A DNA stretch of 63,289 nt, the filler included, from Platydemus manokwari (lineage: Eukaryota), in the NCBI GenBank assembly GCA_037951405.1. It is 5 parts of 5 records of this genome, joined end to end, with 100 filler letters (N's around TTAATTAATTAA, not from the genome) between each part and the next. Parts side by side here need not be neighbours in the genome. Positions count along the whole stretch, not along the records: positions 1 to 21,070 come from JBBMOY011444754.1; positions 21,171 to 30,222 come from JBBMOY011306984.1; 3 more parts are not named here. One strand, given 5' to 3'. The notes beneath the pieces were generated by a model. It saw nothing but the letters and a program-made list of their open reading frames with translations, did not search any database and was not told the DNA's origin. Position 1 is the stretch's first letter. Each line of letters starts with the position of its first letter. The translations under genes and the position numbers were made by a program. This document shows, piece after piece, positions 13,916 through 26,400 of this stretch.

Positions 13916-16283
13916 TTATTTAAATATCTTAATAATATGTTATTTTATTATCATTTTATTATTAACTTAACTGGCTATGATTTAAAAAGACTTTTCACCG
14001 AAGTCTTGGGTGAAAAATCAGTCTACAAACTATTTGAGAAGAAAACAGTAAATAAATAGACAGAAAATAAATCCAAAATCAAGATCTGAATTATCCTATT
14101 TTAATATTCCCATAAAACAATTAGGATACACTAAAGATCATTTGCTTTCAAATATATTTGTTCTCTTTTTATTAATTATAAGTATTCTTATATTTTCTTG
14201 AGTTTTATTAGCAATGAAAGAAAATAAAATAAAAATACATTATTTATTAGGATTTCACTCAACCGACTTATCTCATTATTCAACGTTATGGTTTGTATGT
14301 CATTTCCACCTTCTTACCCTTTACCGCTTTTATAATTATTTTGCTGACGATTGCTTCTTCTTCATATGCTCTTAGGCTATAGCTGCCTTTGATATTTTGA
14401 ATAGTGTTGCATGTTCAGTTTTCTCCCTGGCTTTCAGTCTCTTGTTGAGTGTCATATGTCTCTCGTTGTATGAAGCGTTCGAGTTATTATTTCTTTAGCA
14501 ATTACAACAACCTGTTTTGTGCTGATTTTGAGCATCCTGGTTATTAGGCTTCCACTCTTCATTTTTCTCTGATGATGATCCTGTAAGGCTATTTTCCTCT
14601 CTAGATTTTTGATGGCTTTGTTCGTGCTTAACGATCGATCCATTTTTCATCGATGCCAAGATCTCAAGGCCTTAGCATTTTCTAATTCGGAATGAGTTCC
14701 TTTCTGGAAAACCAGACTAACAATTTATTAGTGCCTTGTTTATTGGAATTTGTTTTACTGGGCAGGTTTATTATTGGAAATTTTAATATTTTGATTTATT
14801 TTAATTGGTAGGTTTATTTTAAAGAAGATAAATGTATTTTTATCGCGTTTTCTTTCCGGAATCAATAAAGTTATTTTATAAACATTACATGGAAGTAAAA
14901 TATTATAAATAATAATATGTAATAATATTAATAGTTTATAAATAAATTGTTACAGAGATTTATCGGATCATTTTATACAACAATTCATTATACCTGTATC
15001 GATAAATAATAAATCAGGCCAATGTCAGATAGGCTGTTTTTGGATTGAAGAATCCTCGAACTCTATACCATGTTTTCATCATTTTTAATTTGTAATAATA
15101 TGTTTAAAATCTTAATATTGTTCAAAACTGATCAGCATTTATAAAGTTATCCCAAGTTTTTTATGATTGGTGAAGTTTTTTGGCTTGATTTGATTAGTTG
15201 TCGTCTGTATTGATAACTGTATCAATTTTTAGATGTGCCTCTTCCACTTTCTGCATCGATGACGTCAAGATCGATAGTAATTGTTCTGCGATGTTTACAT
15301 AACTACTTGGGATAAAGTTGTCTGCATCGTGGGATTAACTTAGCTTTTTTATTCCTTTTTACATATCATAATGTTCTTCCAAATATTTATCCAACCATGT
15401 TATCTCTTCTTCTTTCTCTTTCATCCAATTCTATTTTATTTATTGTTCTCTTTTCATATCGGCTTCTTTTTGCACCCGCGTCCACATTTCTTCTAAATTT
15501 TTTCTCTGTGTCTTCGTTTATGCCTCTCATTATATTTTCAATTCTTTCTATACACTCGTTTAGCAAGTTTTCAATTTCTTCAATAGTTATCTCTTCTCAT
15601 ACTTTTTCTTCACTTTTCACTTGCTGTATTCCACTTTATATCATTTTCTCTCGGTATGAGGTCATATTTACAATTTACTGTTTATAGACATTCTTTCCAC
15701 ATTTTCTTTTGTATTCTTTTAATAATTCACTTGAAGGTCTCTTTCCAGAATAACTGTTCTAATATCTGTGATAATTTTTTCAACATTCTAAATGCATTTC
15801 CTTCTAATTTTTCTTTCCATTTTATTTTTCATTATCGTTTTCATGATCCAGCCATTTATCTTCTACTGTTATTTATGCCTATTTTTGTTTTTATTTCATT
15901 GCTACTGTATCCAGTTCCACTCATCTTTCTTTATCCATTATTCCATTATCATTCTTAGATTTGTTCTAAAATTCCGTCCTGATTCTCCTAGTTTTTGTTA
16001 TACCGTGTTTGATCCGATTATGTCTCTAATTCCCATTATTTCTATGAATATATCTAATGCTTGTACTTTTTCTTTCAGTTAGAAGCTTATTATTGTGCGC
16101 CCACGGATTTTTTCTATTATTTTTCGTCATACTACTTAAGCATCTCAACTTCTTTGCAAATTTGTATTCATTAAACCACTGCGATTTACGATGTAAAAAA
16201 TGAAAAACCTCGTGGAGTTATTTTTAAAGCAGATTTATTCGTCTTCACAAAATTGAATTTTTACTGAGTCATATAGTGTAGTT

Positions 16284-16588
16284 TGTTAGTGACCGCTACT
16301 TCACTTGTTACTGGTTTTTCATCAAAAGAACTCATGACTAGGATTTTCCCAAATTTATTTAATGAAACAAATAAACATTATTTAAACAAATTTTGGAGAG
16401 CTTTATAATTTAATATTTACCTTGATCATGGTTATATATATAAATATTTATTTTAAAAATTTTACTTATAAAATTTTTAAAACATTTTAAAATTTTTTAA
16501 ATTCTTTTAAAACATTTTATATAAAAATATTAAAATTTCCAAATGTTTTAAAAGTTGTTATTTTAAATTATTTTAATTAATCCTCACA
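16284..16588 (-). mobile_element. Solo LTR (305 bp) with exact 5-bp TSD TAGTT
   Basis: Minus strand runs TGTGAGG...CACTAACA (TG...CA termini). TAGTT is present at both 16279-16283 and 16589-16593. Internal TATA-like and AATAAA motifs. Confidence 0.8.
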
Positions 16589-17089
16589 TAGTTAATGAAT
16601 TTTTTAGATCTATTTCTAATCTTAAAGGATATTACAACATCTCCTACATAAGTGGCATTTATTTTTTGGAAAATTCAGAGAGTTTAGGGAAAGTCCTTTA
16701 AGGCGGTTTGCCACATACCAAGGGATACGTAAAAAATAAATCATTAACAAATTATATATCAAATAAGTAGGTCACAAATAAATCATAAATTAAACTGTTA
16801 TTCAATATCAAACACATTATAAAATGGTTAATGACTAAATTTATAGCATGTATTTCGAATACAATCTGTGTCAAGAATCGAAAAAAGTTAAATACTTTCA
16901 AGAGAGAACAGCCATAAAAATTAAAAACCTCTAAGAAAAGAAAAAAAATATTTGAAAATTTATTTGACATAGATAAAGATGAATAAAACCGAGTCATCCA
17001 TTGATAATATCATCAAATAATATTGTTTCAACCAAATATAGTTTTAATATCATAATATCGTGTGTGATTTTTAGTTTTGTCGTGTGATC

Positions 17090-17922
17090 TCAGCTGCTCC
17101 GATCATAAATTTTCTGCTTTCTTGGAGTTAATAAAGAACCAATAGGCTTATTGAACTTTTTCGAATTATTCATATCTGATTTATCTAAAGTTTGTTTTCC
17201 TGTTACCACTTGGACTAAGCTGATTGGTGCTGGTTCCCGAATACGGACCGATTGCGATTTTCGAGTTTGATTGTTTGTTTTCGTTTGATGAAACAATTCC
17301 GTTTTCATTTTATTCGGATCCAATGTCAATGAGGAAAAATTAATACTTGTCGATATGCGTCCATTTAAGTAAACGGAATCTTTATTTTGTACCATCGATT
17401 TTTCTGATATCACCGAATTGGCGAGACTTTTACCGTAATTCGTGTTGGAATGATTTCGAATGTCTTTTCTTTCTGACGAAATTGGATTCAATGATTTTGA
17501 TCTCTCATGTGATTGAATTATCGTTGAGTTTTGAATGCGTTCCGATTTGGAATTCGATTCATTATCCTTTGTGACTTTTGGTCTCTGATAATAACGTAGA
17601 GTGTTCTCAAATTTGATTTCTCGCGAAAGAGTCAGAGCATTAGTTGAACCATTGTTTCGACTATTATTCGGCTTTGAAGATAATGTCAATGCTGTCGATG
17701 TCTCAGCTGGTGATTTCTCTTCGTTTCTATTACAATTAGGTGACAAACTAGTTGACCGATATCTGGGAGGAATCCAAGACTTGAGACTAGTGAATGCTGA
17801 AACGCGACCTCGACAAGAGGTCATTCCTTCAGCGTAAATAATGGAGAAAATACGTTGATTATCTAATGGTAATAACGATTTTTTGGATTTCACACATTTT
17901 TCAAAACATTCAACGGCTATTA
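17090..17922 (-). CDS. Large terminal coding exon (about 277 codons, Ser/Asn/Lys-rich, likely disordered) of an unidentified gene
   Basis: The acceptor tttatttctag at 17923-17924 opens a phase-1 frame IAVECFEKCVKSKKSLLP...YDRSS* that is continuous with the 267-aa ORF. No internal stops, in very AT-rich DNA. Confidence 0.7.
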
Positions 17923-17990
17923 CTAGAAATAAAATACAACGTTGTATTAACTATCAAATATTTAATAAAGTCCTGATAAAAATACTGAAA

Positions 17991-18084
17991 TACTCCAGAA
18001 AGATATTAATATATGTTAAATTTTAAAGGAAAGTCCTTACTCCAGAAAGATGATAATATATGTTATATTTTAAAGGAAAGTCCT
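17991..18084. repeat. 47-bp tandem duplication (2 copies)
   Basis: tactccagaaagat..taatatatgtta.attttaaaggaaagtcct at 17991 and 18038. Confidence 0.9.
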
Positions 18085-19413
18085 TTCACTATTATAAATC
18101 TATGGATGAAAGGCGCATTGAATCTTTTGATTCAAATTAATATCGTCTCAGTAGTTTAGTGAAAAATATTGATAACATTAATGAAAAAGTGATGAATTTA
18201 TGAATGTTCTCGCGTTAACTGACTTCGCTATATAATTGTGATTAAAAGCTAAGAGAAAACACTTAAATTGTATCTCAAATCATGACAATCAAGAATTGAA
18301 AAAAGCTATCGTTAAATTTAAATAAATAAAGTTTTGAGCTTAAGTTAAGAAAAAGGGTCCTTTAACCCAATTTTAAAGTAATGACTTTTCGTGAGTTTTT
18401 GATATTAAAATTTATTTGTAATGATTTTTTAATGAAATTTTTACATAAAATTCAATTTTAGATTTATAACCAAAATTGAACTCTAACAATCAAAAACCAT
18501 GTATTCGATACCCGCTACTATTTTTGGTACTTTCAAAACATTCATCGACAATTTCTATGACAACACTTAGTGCTGGAAATATATTTCTGTTTTAAGATAT
18601 TTTTTCAATGGCGAGAAATCTACAGATTTCGTTGTATCTCAATTAATAATTTTTGAATTGTTGGCTTTTATTTTAATAAAAATTGTCAACATTTGTTGCT
18701 TATTAGTTTACTAATAGATATAATTTTGTGTATATAATTTTTTTTGTGTGAGCCCAATGCACCAAATGTACTCTATTCAGAATGTCGAAAAGAGACAAAG
18801 CTGAGTTGTTGAACCTAGTCCTATTTGAATTTTGAAAATTATATTTGTGGTATTTTCATCTGTACGATTTATTTGATTTGGATCAAATTTTCATTTCATT
18901 ACAACATCGACAGGTTTGAGATCTATGTATTCAATCTATTAAATAGATAATAATATACTTATTTTGAGAGACAACACAAGAACCTTGTTCCTGGAACTTC
19001 TCAATAATTTAGAAGTCACTTTTTCATAAAATAACTCTAAAAGTCTTAGATATCATTCCAAATGCTTCTAATGTTAAAAGAAGGGGTCCTCGCTAATTTT
19101 CAAATAATTGCATTTTTACCTACTTTGACCAGTTTTTCTAATAATTAATTTTAAGGAGATTTTAAAAATCCTATGCACGTATTATTTGATTCTGTATATC
19201 TAAAATTTTACTCAAATATTTAAATAAAAAATTCAAAATGTTATTAAAGAATTTAATTAAATAATCTATATACACTCCATAATTTTAAAATTTTATTTTA
19301 AAACCCTTTTTTAACTCTATCCCATCATTGTACACCATTGTTTTTACCTATTTAAATTTCACATAAAATATATCTCTAGTAATAATATACAAATAAATGA
19401 AAATCAAATGTAA

Positions 19414-20260
19414 TGTTACAGATATGGTGTTATAATTATGACATAAGCTGTTTTGCGTTCTCTCTGTGCACTCACATAACCACTACAGATAATTCAACTT
19501 CTTGCGCACTCTGCTCTTCAATTGTACCCTTGAATTGTGAGGCTGAAATTTTTCGTTTTAGATTTGTGTGGTCCTTTAAAGTCACTGCATTTAATAATAC
19601 AATTGTGACTTCGTAAAAATGAGACTGGGCAGTAACTCTGTTTTGCCTTCTATATTAGTGTAGCGCCGTCTGCCTAGCAGCTGTTATGTCTTGAATAGCA
19701 TGACGGTTGCTGTGTCATTTTATCGGTAATTATGTTGAAGATACTCTCATATTTTCAAAGTTCCACTGTGTAATCTTCGACCACACGTGGTACTTTAATA
19801 AGTCCGTCGGATAAATCTTTTTCCACTGTTCTCCTTATGCAATCTCCTGATGTTCCTATTTTGCCACTGCATGTGACTGATTTTGTCCAACTCTGCTGCG
19901 AACGTTACTTTCGAGTCGATCCATAACCTTTTGTGAATTAATGCATCCTCATGTGCATTTGACGAGATTTCTACGCTTCATGTTATGAGTTTGGTGTCGA
20001 GCATGGTGGTAAGACTTCACGTTCCACAGTAATACTGAAGCACTGCTTTCGTGACTCGGCATTCTCGGATGTCTACTCCGTAAAAATTCAATTCTTGATA
20101 TATGAAATATGTCTCTTTTTTTCCTCTCGTAACGTTCATGATCGAAAATTCCATGAAATCGACCATTGAGCAGACTTTTTAATATTTCAGATTTTGACAA
20201 TCACACGCCATGAGTAATGATGATTTTCCGATTAAGTCGAATATCAAGAATAGTTTATGG
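19414..20260 (-). pseudogene. Decayed viral-type envelope glycoprotein, chuvirus/xinmovirus G-like (N-terminal ectodomain part)
   Basis: Manual translation: LFLIFDLIGKSSLLMACDCQNLKY*KVCSMVDFMEF...YFIYQELNFYGVDIRECRVTKAVLQYYCGT*SLTT...VEISSN, then a frameshift, then SVTCSGKIGTSGDC...RVVEDYTVEL*KYESIF...PSCYSRHNSC*ADGATLI*KAKQSYC. Cysteine spacing and the (A/G)YDC, YCG-x-x-S and G-x-x-x-x-x-G-x-C motifs follow the pattern I recall for chuviral G and its retroelement-captured copies. Confidence 0.7.
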
Positions 20261-20834
20261 AGTGTATTGAATGTTTCCCCATTCAATCTTCCTAAATCCT
20301 CCGTCAGTACGTGCTGTGTTTTCCCTTATTTAGTCCATTCTCCTTTGGTTTGGATAAATGGCCTCAGATATTGATCAGCTGTCTGGTCATACTGTTAACC
20401 TCAATTTGAAATTGGCTCATGTTGGCCCATGAGAGCAGTATCACCTTGTTTACTAAACAAGTGATGGCCAATTTAGCTCCGGTCTCTGTAAGAAGTTTAT
20501 CGAGTAATTCTTGAATTAATTGTCTTGGATCGGTTGTGTCCATATTACTCATGATATGCCTCATACAGAGAGTAATATTTTATTTCTACTATCAATGATT
20601 CGTATCTCGTCAAATCACTTTCTGGTAAGCGATTATTTCTTGGTTTCATTCCCTGAGCTAAGGTGATTAGATATTTTCCCATTTTCGATTGAGATATCGT
20701 TTTTGAGATATCTACATCGCTAAGTGTTTAAGTAACCTTTTTGAGATGGTTGATTAGCGGCTGGTTGTCCCTTCCCGGTCGGTTTTGTAGGAAATGCACC
20801 GGGTTGGCGTTGTTTACAAATCAAGAATATCGAC

Positions 20835-21070
20835 TGTGAGGTTTAAAATTTAAACCGAATTATATTAAATTTAATTTTTTAAATTAAAAAAATATTATAT
20901 TAAATTAAATTATAATTAATTAATTTTTTAAATAAAATTTAATAATTTAAAACAAAGAATATTTTTAATTAATTATATTTAATATTTATAGTGCTCAGAC
21001 CTGTACAGTAACCTCTGTACAGGTTTTAAAAAATTAATTATGAAATTTAAATGTGTTTAAAAATATGTTT
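20835..21070 (+). mobile_element. Probable LTR 5' part (TGTGAG family) running into the gap
   Basis: Starts TGTGAGG followed by an extremely AT-rich tract, like the LTR 5' ends at 16588, 32100 and 33773. Confidence 0.45.
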
Positions 21071-21170
21071 NNNNNNNNNNNNNNNNNNNNNNNNNNNNNN
21101 NNNNNNNNNNNNNNTTAATTAATTAANNNNNNNNNNNNNNNNNNNNNNNNNNNNNNNNNNNNNNNNNNNN
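21071..21170. other. Assembly gap with artificial linker TTAATTAATTAA (21115-21126)
   Basis: 44 N, a palindromic 12-mer giving TAA in all six frames, then 44 N. Confidence 0.97.
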
Positions 21171-21270
21171 TATAATGTAAGGTTATTGATAAGGTTATTG
21201 ATTATGTCATTCCAACCAAACAGAATAAAAATTAAGGCTTGTTCACACAAATCTTCCCTACTATCTTAAC

Positions 21271-21297
21271 GCTCATTTCATACCGGTACACCTGATA
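21271..21297 (+). mobile_element. Mariner-type terminal inverted repeat remnant
   Basis: Reverse complement is TA-TCAGGTGTACCGGTATGAAATGAGC. It resembles the TIR that ends the mariner transposase fragment at 32370-32394. Confidence 0.5.
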
Positions 21298-21825
21298 TTT
21301 ATTTCATAAACAAAGGATTTTAAGATGACTCTGGCTAACCAAGATTCCAAAGCTTGATCTGCATGACAAAACAGAATGAAATCTTTATTTATTTAATTTC
21401 ATAAATTGTGATTCTCATTTTTATTTTTGACGTTTTTTGATTGGACGAAAATCAAAATATTGATGAAGAATTAGCATTTAAACTCAAGGAAGATTGTTCC
21501 TCACTATCATTTATAGTTCAAAGACAGCACTGTAATGTTTTATAAAAATGACTGGGCTTCCTGGTAATTCCTATTTTAAAAAACACCATATATTTGTGAC
21601 ACCAACTCGTTTCTGTAATTCGGATATCTCGATAATAAACCTTTAATAATTGACAATATAATCACTTTATAAAAAATATTAATCAGTTAAAACAGAGACC
21701 TCGAGCCATTTTATTTTAATATCCCATCGAACGTTACTCTCACATCTCTCATATTCTATCAGCAATTATTGGAAAATCTATTTACAGCACTTTTATAACA
21801 TATATTATGAAGTTACTTTTTATAG

Positions 21826-22415
21826 AAAACAAACTTCGGTTAGAGTTGTTCATTGAGGAAAAAGATAAACTTTTGGAAAAGTATGTAAAAATTTTCATGT
21901 TTACACTCTACTGGATTCTACATCTAGAATAATTCAGCTGGAAAACAATATAAAAAAGCAGAGCGATTTATACTCAAAAAAATGTCGAGAGCTCGATCAA
22001 TTACAATCCGCTATATTGGATCTCGGTAGAGAAAATCAGAGTCTCCAAGTCGACCAATTAAATTTCTGTATCCGATTATAAATTTATCGATTATTTTATA
22101 GATATCAAAGGAAAAATTAACCAATCGTCAGTGGATTGGTGATGTGGATGCTGTAGATTGTTACACGTGTCACAAAAGTTTTTCACTCACGTTACGCAAG
22201 GTAGTTATTGGAGAAATATTAAAATAATACCCATTTTTGAGCAGCACCATTGCCGTAGTTGTGGCCAAGTTTACTGCCAGGATTGCTCTTCTAAATCTGC
22301 GAGTCTGGCGGCGTCCCGAAATCCAGTGAGGGTATGCGATGCGTGCTACATTGAAATCCAGTCACATCGAAAAAATAGCAATGTTTCATCAACGAGTATC
22401 GGTTTGCAAATGTGA
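21826..22415 (+). CDS. EEA1: Early endosome antigen 1, last four exons (coiled coil plus C-terminal FYVE finger); 5' part not found in window
   Basis: Exons 21826-21880, 21928-22048, 22102-22200 and 22245-22415, with phase-consistent GT-AG introns of 47, 53 and 44 bp. The protein ...[27 protein letters not shown]...[29 protein letters not shown]...PVRVCDACY matches the EEA1 signature (LGRENQSLQ directly before a terminal FYVE with WxxD, RKHHCR and RVC). AATAAA near 22445. Confidence 0.9.
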
Positions 22416-22569
22416 CATCGATGATTGTGGCTAATATTTCATAATAATAAATATTTATTTGCTATTTAATTTTTTCAATGAGTTGATGGCGTTTATTGAA
22501 AGAGAAAATGGGAAAAAGCATTAAAAATGAGATACAATTTTGTTCTTTTATTCAAGATTTCATTAATAG

Positions 22570-23150
22570 TTTAAGCCGCAACTACGTTTTAAATCACACA
22601 TTGAAAATTAAGTGACGAGTCACAACACAATTATTTACATCACTATAAATACATAAATAATTTAATATCTTGTGATAATAATTTATAAAAAATTTTAAAT
22701 TTCTAGACCTTCATCTACCTTTCTTTAAAATCTTTGACACTTTATATGCATTCCTAATTATCTCTATTAAATTCTGTAAACATTTATCTACATGAAAATA
22801 TCTATGTCTTCTTCGTATTTTATGTATTCTTCATACTTTCGATACGTCTTTCTATATTCACTTTATTTTCTTTATATTTTCCATACAAATTCTCTATATC
22901 TTATTTATATATATTTTCAATGTTTTCTATTTATATTTCTCATTCTTTATTATGCTTATTATACTCTCCTATTCGAATCTAATTACGTGGTCGCCATGTA
23001 AACCGCTATTATTAAATAAAAAACGCATTGAAAATCAACAGAAAGTCACAACACAAAATCATATATTTAACCACAATTATTTAAACAAAACTAATATATT
23101 TTGATAATAATTTATAAAATCTTTTAAATTTAGATTTCAAAATCCTTACA
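22570..23150 (-). mobile_element. Internally deleted LTR retrotransposon: 5' LTR, PBS, about 290 bp internal sequence, partial 3' LTR
   Basis: The 5' LTR at 22997-23150 (TGTAAGG...GGTTTACA) is immediately followed by TGGCGACCACG (22986-22996), complementary to a tRNA-Arg 3' end. A second LTR homologue lies at 22570 to about 22700. Flanks aatag and aattg give a 4-of-5 TSD match. Confidence 0.75.
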
Positions 23151-23499
23151 AATTGCTTTGATTTTAAAAAAAGAGATCATTTAATTATGGCAAGTAAATC
23201 TGAACATTTTAATAATTTTATGGTCAATTTGACCCGGTTAGTTTTTTGAAACCAACTAAAACTTTAATAATTTGAATACTTATACTAGAAAACTTCATGA
23301 CAGTGTTGAAGGTTTAAAAATTCTAAAAGTTTTAGTTAGATCGCTCCATGGTTTGACTCGAAAATGCGAATGGAACCAAATTTAAAACTTTTAATAATGA
23401 CTAGCAAAAATCAAAATGACGTATTGTGAAATGAGATTCACCTAAATCAAATAAATTATCAATTTCCGCTATCGAATCTGTCAATTGTCAAAGATAAGA

Positions 23500-26400
23500 T
23501 GGCAAATTTCTTTGAAGGATGAAAACAGACTCGAAAAGCAATTCATTAAACTACAATTTAAGAAAAAAACAATTTTCAACTAAAGAAAATAGGTAATTCA
23601 AGAAAACGTGTTCAGAAATATAATGTGTATTCAGGACAAATAAACATGGGCGAGCTTACTTTCTTAAAAGTTTGGGTAAATCAGATATAGAGCATAATAT
23701 ATCTTGTAACTGAAATGGTTATTAAAGAATTAACTACTTTTGATGCAGTCAGATATGCAAACTTTTGCGAATTCTGTCATGCAATCAGTATCGCTGATCT
23801 AGCAAAAAGAAACGATAAATGCAAATCCAAAAAGGAAAGACTTTACAAGATGCATAAACTAGGAGAAAGACTAAAAGAAATCTCGCAACAAGAGTCATCT
23901 GAATTTTCCACTTACTCTATTAGCATTGCTAAAGAGGCCATTCGCCAAGGTGCAAATGCTGTTATTTCAAATAAGGAATCTTTCACAATTCCTAAAAACT
24001 ATGCCTTGACAAATGATCCGAGGTGGAAGCAGAGATCTCCAAGTTATGCAAACTGCTCGGGGAAAGCTTTACCTCAAAAGGTAAAGTTAAGAATGCCACT
24101 ACATCTGAATTAAAAATACCAGATAACACAGTGATCCAGGAGAATCAAAAAATACCACCTGAGCCGGAGGCAAATACTCAAATCAATGAATCCCATCAAT
24201 CAGAAATGCTAGATAGTTTAGCACCCAACAACACATCAATTACAGAAAAAGATATCACAAATGAATACAACCAATCACCAATAAAAACTTACGAGAGAGG
24301 AAAATCAACAATGCTGTCAATATCCCTGATTTGGAAAAACGAAACAACTTTCTTAATCAACAATTAAAGAAACTTAATATGGAGAATCGTATTCCAGATA
24401 TTTTGGATGCTTGTCATACTATTTTTGCTGAATGCAAGCTTAACATTCGCCAAATTTCTGACAAACCTCTTCCGAATTCTCTGATTCTTCCAAATATTGA
24501 ATTGAAACAAATATTTCAAACTTTTCCAAAACTGGCAAAATACATGTTACTGTATCCAACAGCCTCAGATTCCGAAATTTCGAAACTTCTTGATGAATTG
24601 AAGTCAAATTCCAATTATCCGAAACACATAGACTATCAATCTTCAAAATTCATTTCAGCAAAATTACCAAGATCTGACAATCATGTATCTAAAGAATCTG
24701 ATCTTGTATGGAATATCGGGGGTTTCGACCTACTCAATATTTCTTTCTATGATAAAATCTTAAACCAAGCACTGCAGACTGAGAACAAATTTCAAAGAAT
24801 TATTGAGACCATCTTCCACACTAATACTCGATTTATCAACAATGAATTATTATATGAGCCCATCTTCAAAACAGACTGGGAAAGAAATCTAATTAGTAAC
24901 TCCGCGCTTCTATTATTAGGTAAGAAGCGAGTCGAACTATACGCTGATGATTACCTAAAATTTTCTCAAAGTGTTTTACAAAACTGTGTAGAGAACACTT
25001 ACCTGTGTCAAATTGTAAGAAACATCAGAAGTCATCTACAAACATCATCATTTTTTCGAATAGTCAGGGAATCTTTGAATCTTACTATAAAAAGTGCCAA
25101 TGACTGCTATAATGAATTCATCCAAAAATCTTTTCGCAGCTGCAAATCAAAAAATGAGAAATTATTCAAAATTCATGACCTTAAACAACGGCTAAAAGGC
25201 ATTCAGCAACAATCAGATCCTGCATTCTCCGGTACTGCTATTAACATTATTAAAGATGCGATTTGACAAAGTGCCAAGGCAGTCATTGCAAATGAAAAAT
25301 CGTACACAATTCCTCAAGATCGTCCTCTTTCAATAAATCGTTCAATTGAAATCGAAATAATCAATATATGCAACCATATTAGTAAAAAGTCAAAGGCGAT
25401 AAATGATAACACTGCGTCCGTCACGAACGAAATAATCATCGCTTCAAACTCAGGACAATTTATAATTTCAACAGAGATAGTCACTTCATCTCAATTTACT
25501 GAAATCTCTACACCAACTGATGTAATAAACGCTGCAGCAAAATGCATCCCAACTAGCGAAACATCAATTATAGAAGAAAATGTACCAGTTGCATATTCAT
25601 CAACAAAAATCTTGCTGGATAAAAAATATTGCAGAAAGTCATTAGGCAATATCAAAAAGAGACTCAGACCGACAAAATTATCTCTTCGTAGGCATGATTT
25701 TACTCAATCAACCAATCAATAACTGCTTGTGCCTGCACCAGCTGATAGCACACCGTCCACCAAGACTGGTGCAGAATGCACTACGCCCAAACTTTAGTGC
25801 TCAAACATATTCTGTAACTTCGATAAGACAGCTTGGTTCACTGATCAAGACCTCAACAACATTCTACAACTGATTGTTTCTGCACCACAATTCAGTTATG
25901 TGAATCCGTTGTTTGAATCGCACATTATTGCTGAAAGAGTTATCGATCCCAACTTTTTCAGCAATCATTCAGGCTCCAGTATTGTTTTCATCTCAGTTAG
26001 CATCATCAATAAACACTGGGTTCTATTTGTCTCGGATAAATTCAAAAACCTCAATTATTGGACTGATCCAATTGAAGACATCTACGAAATAATCCAGTCT
26101 CTCGTGATATGCATCGACTTGCATATTCAATTCAATAAACTTCTCTATACAAAACATGAATTTGAAATGTCTTCTCTCTCAGATGTTCGTTTCCAGAACA
26201 ACCAACACGACTGTGGGCCAATGGTATGGTTCATCAAATTGTCAATGGGCTAAGCTTATCTAACACCAGCGTGTCATTACAAGAATTCCGACACTTATCT
26301 CATCAATATAATCTCAACAAATCTGATCGGCTGCATTTTCTTAAATTAATTGGAGGAGGAACAACTATTTCAAATATCAAATCATTGATTGGCAATCTTA

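Noticed and set aside
15130-16230. Lys/Glu-rich decayed minus-strand coding tract with a BIR-like hint (NPWAH), and the hydrophobic plus-strand ORFs over it
   Set aside because: The BIR Cys/His spacing cannot be recovered, and the plus-strand ORFs are antisense shadows of an A-rich tract.
20999-21024. 10-bp hairpin acctgtacag-taacct-ctgtacaggt
   Set aside because: It sits inside a probable LTR next to a gap, with no Helitron CTRR end or other supporting context.
21115-21126. Recurrent palindrome TTAATTAATTAA (also at 30267, 40913 and 54087)
   Set aside because: It is always centred in 44N+12+44N, so it is an assembly linker with stops in six frames, not biology.
22986-22996. tRNA gene
   Set aside because: Only an 11-nt match to a tRNA 3' end including CCA, abutting an LTR. 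It is a primer-binding site with no cloverleaf.
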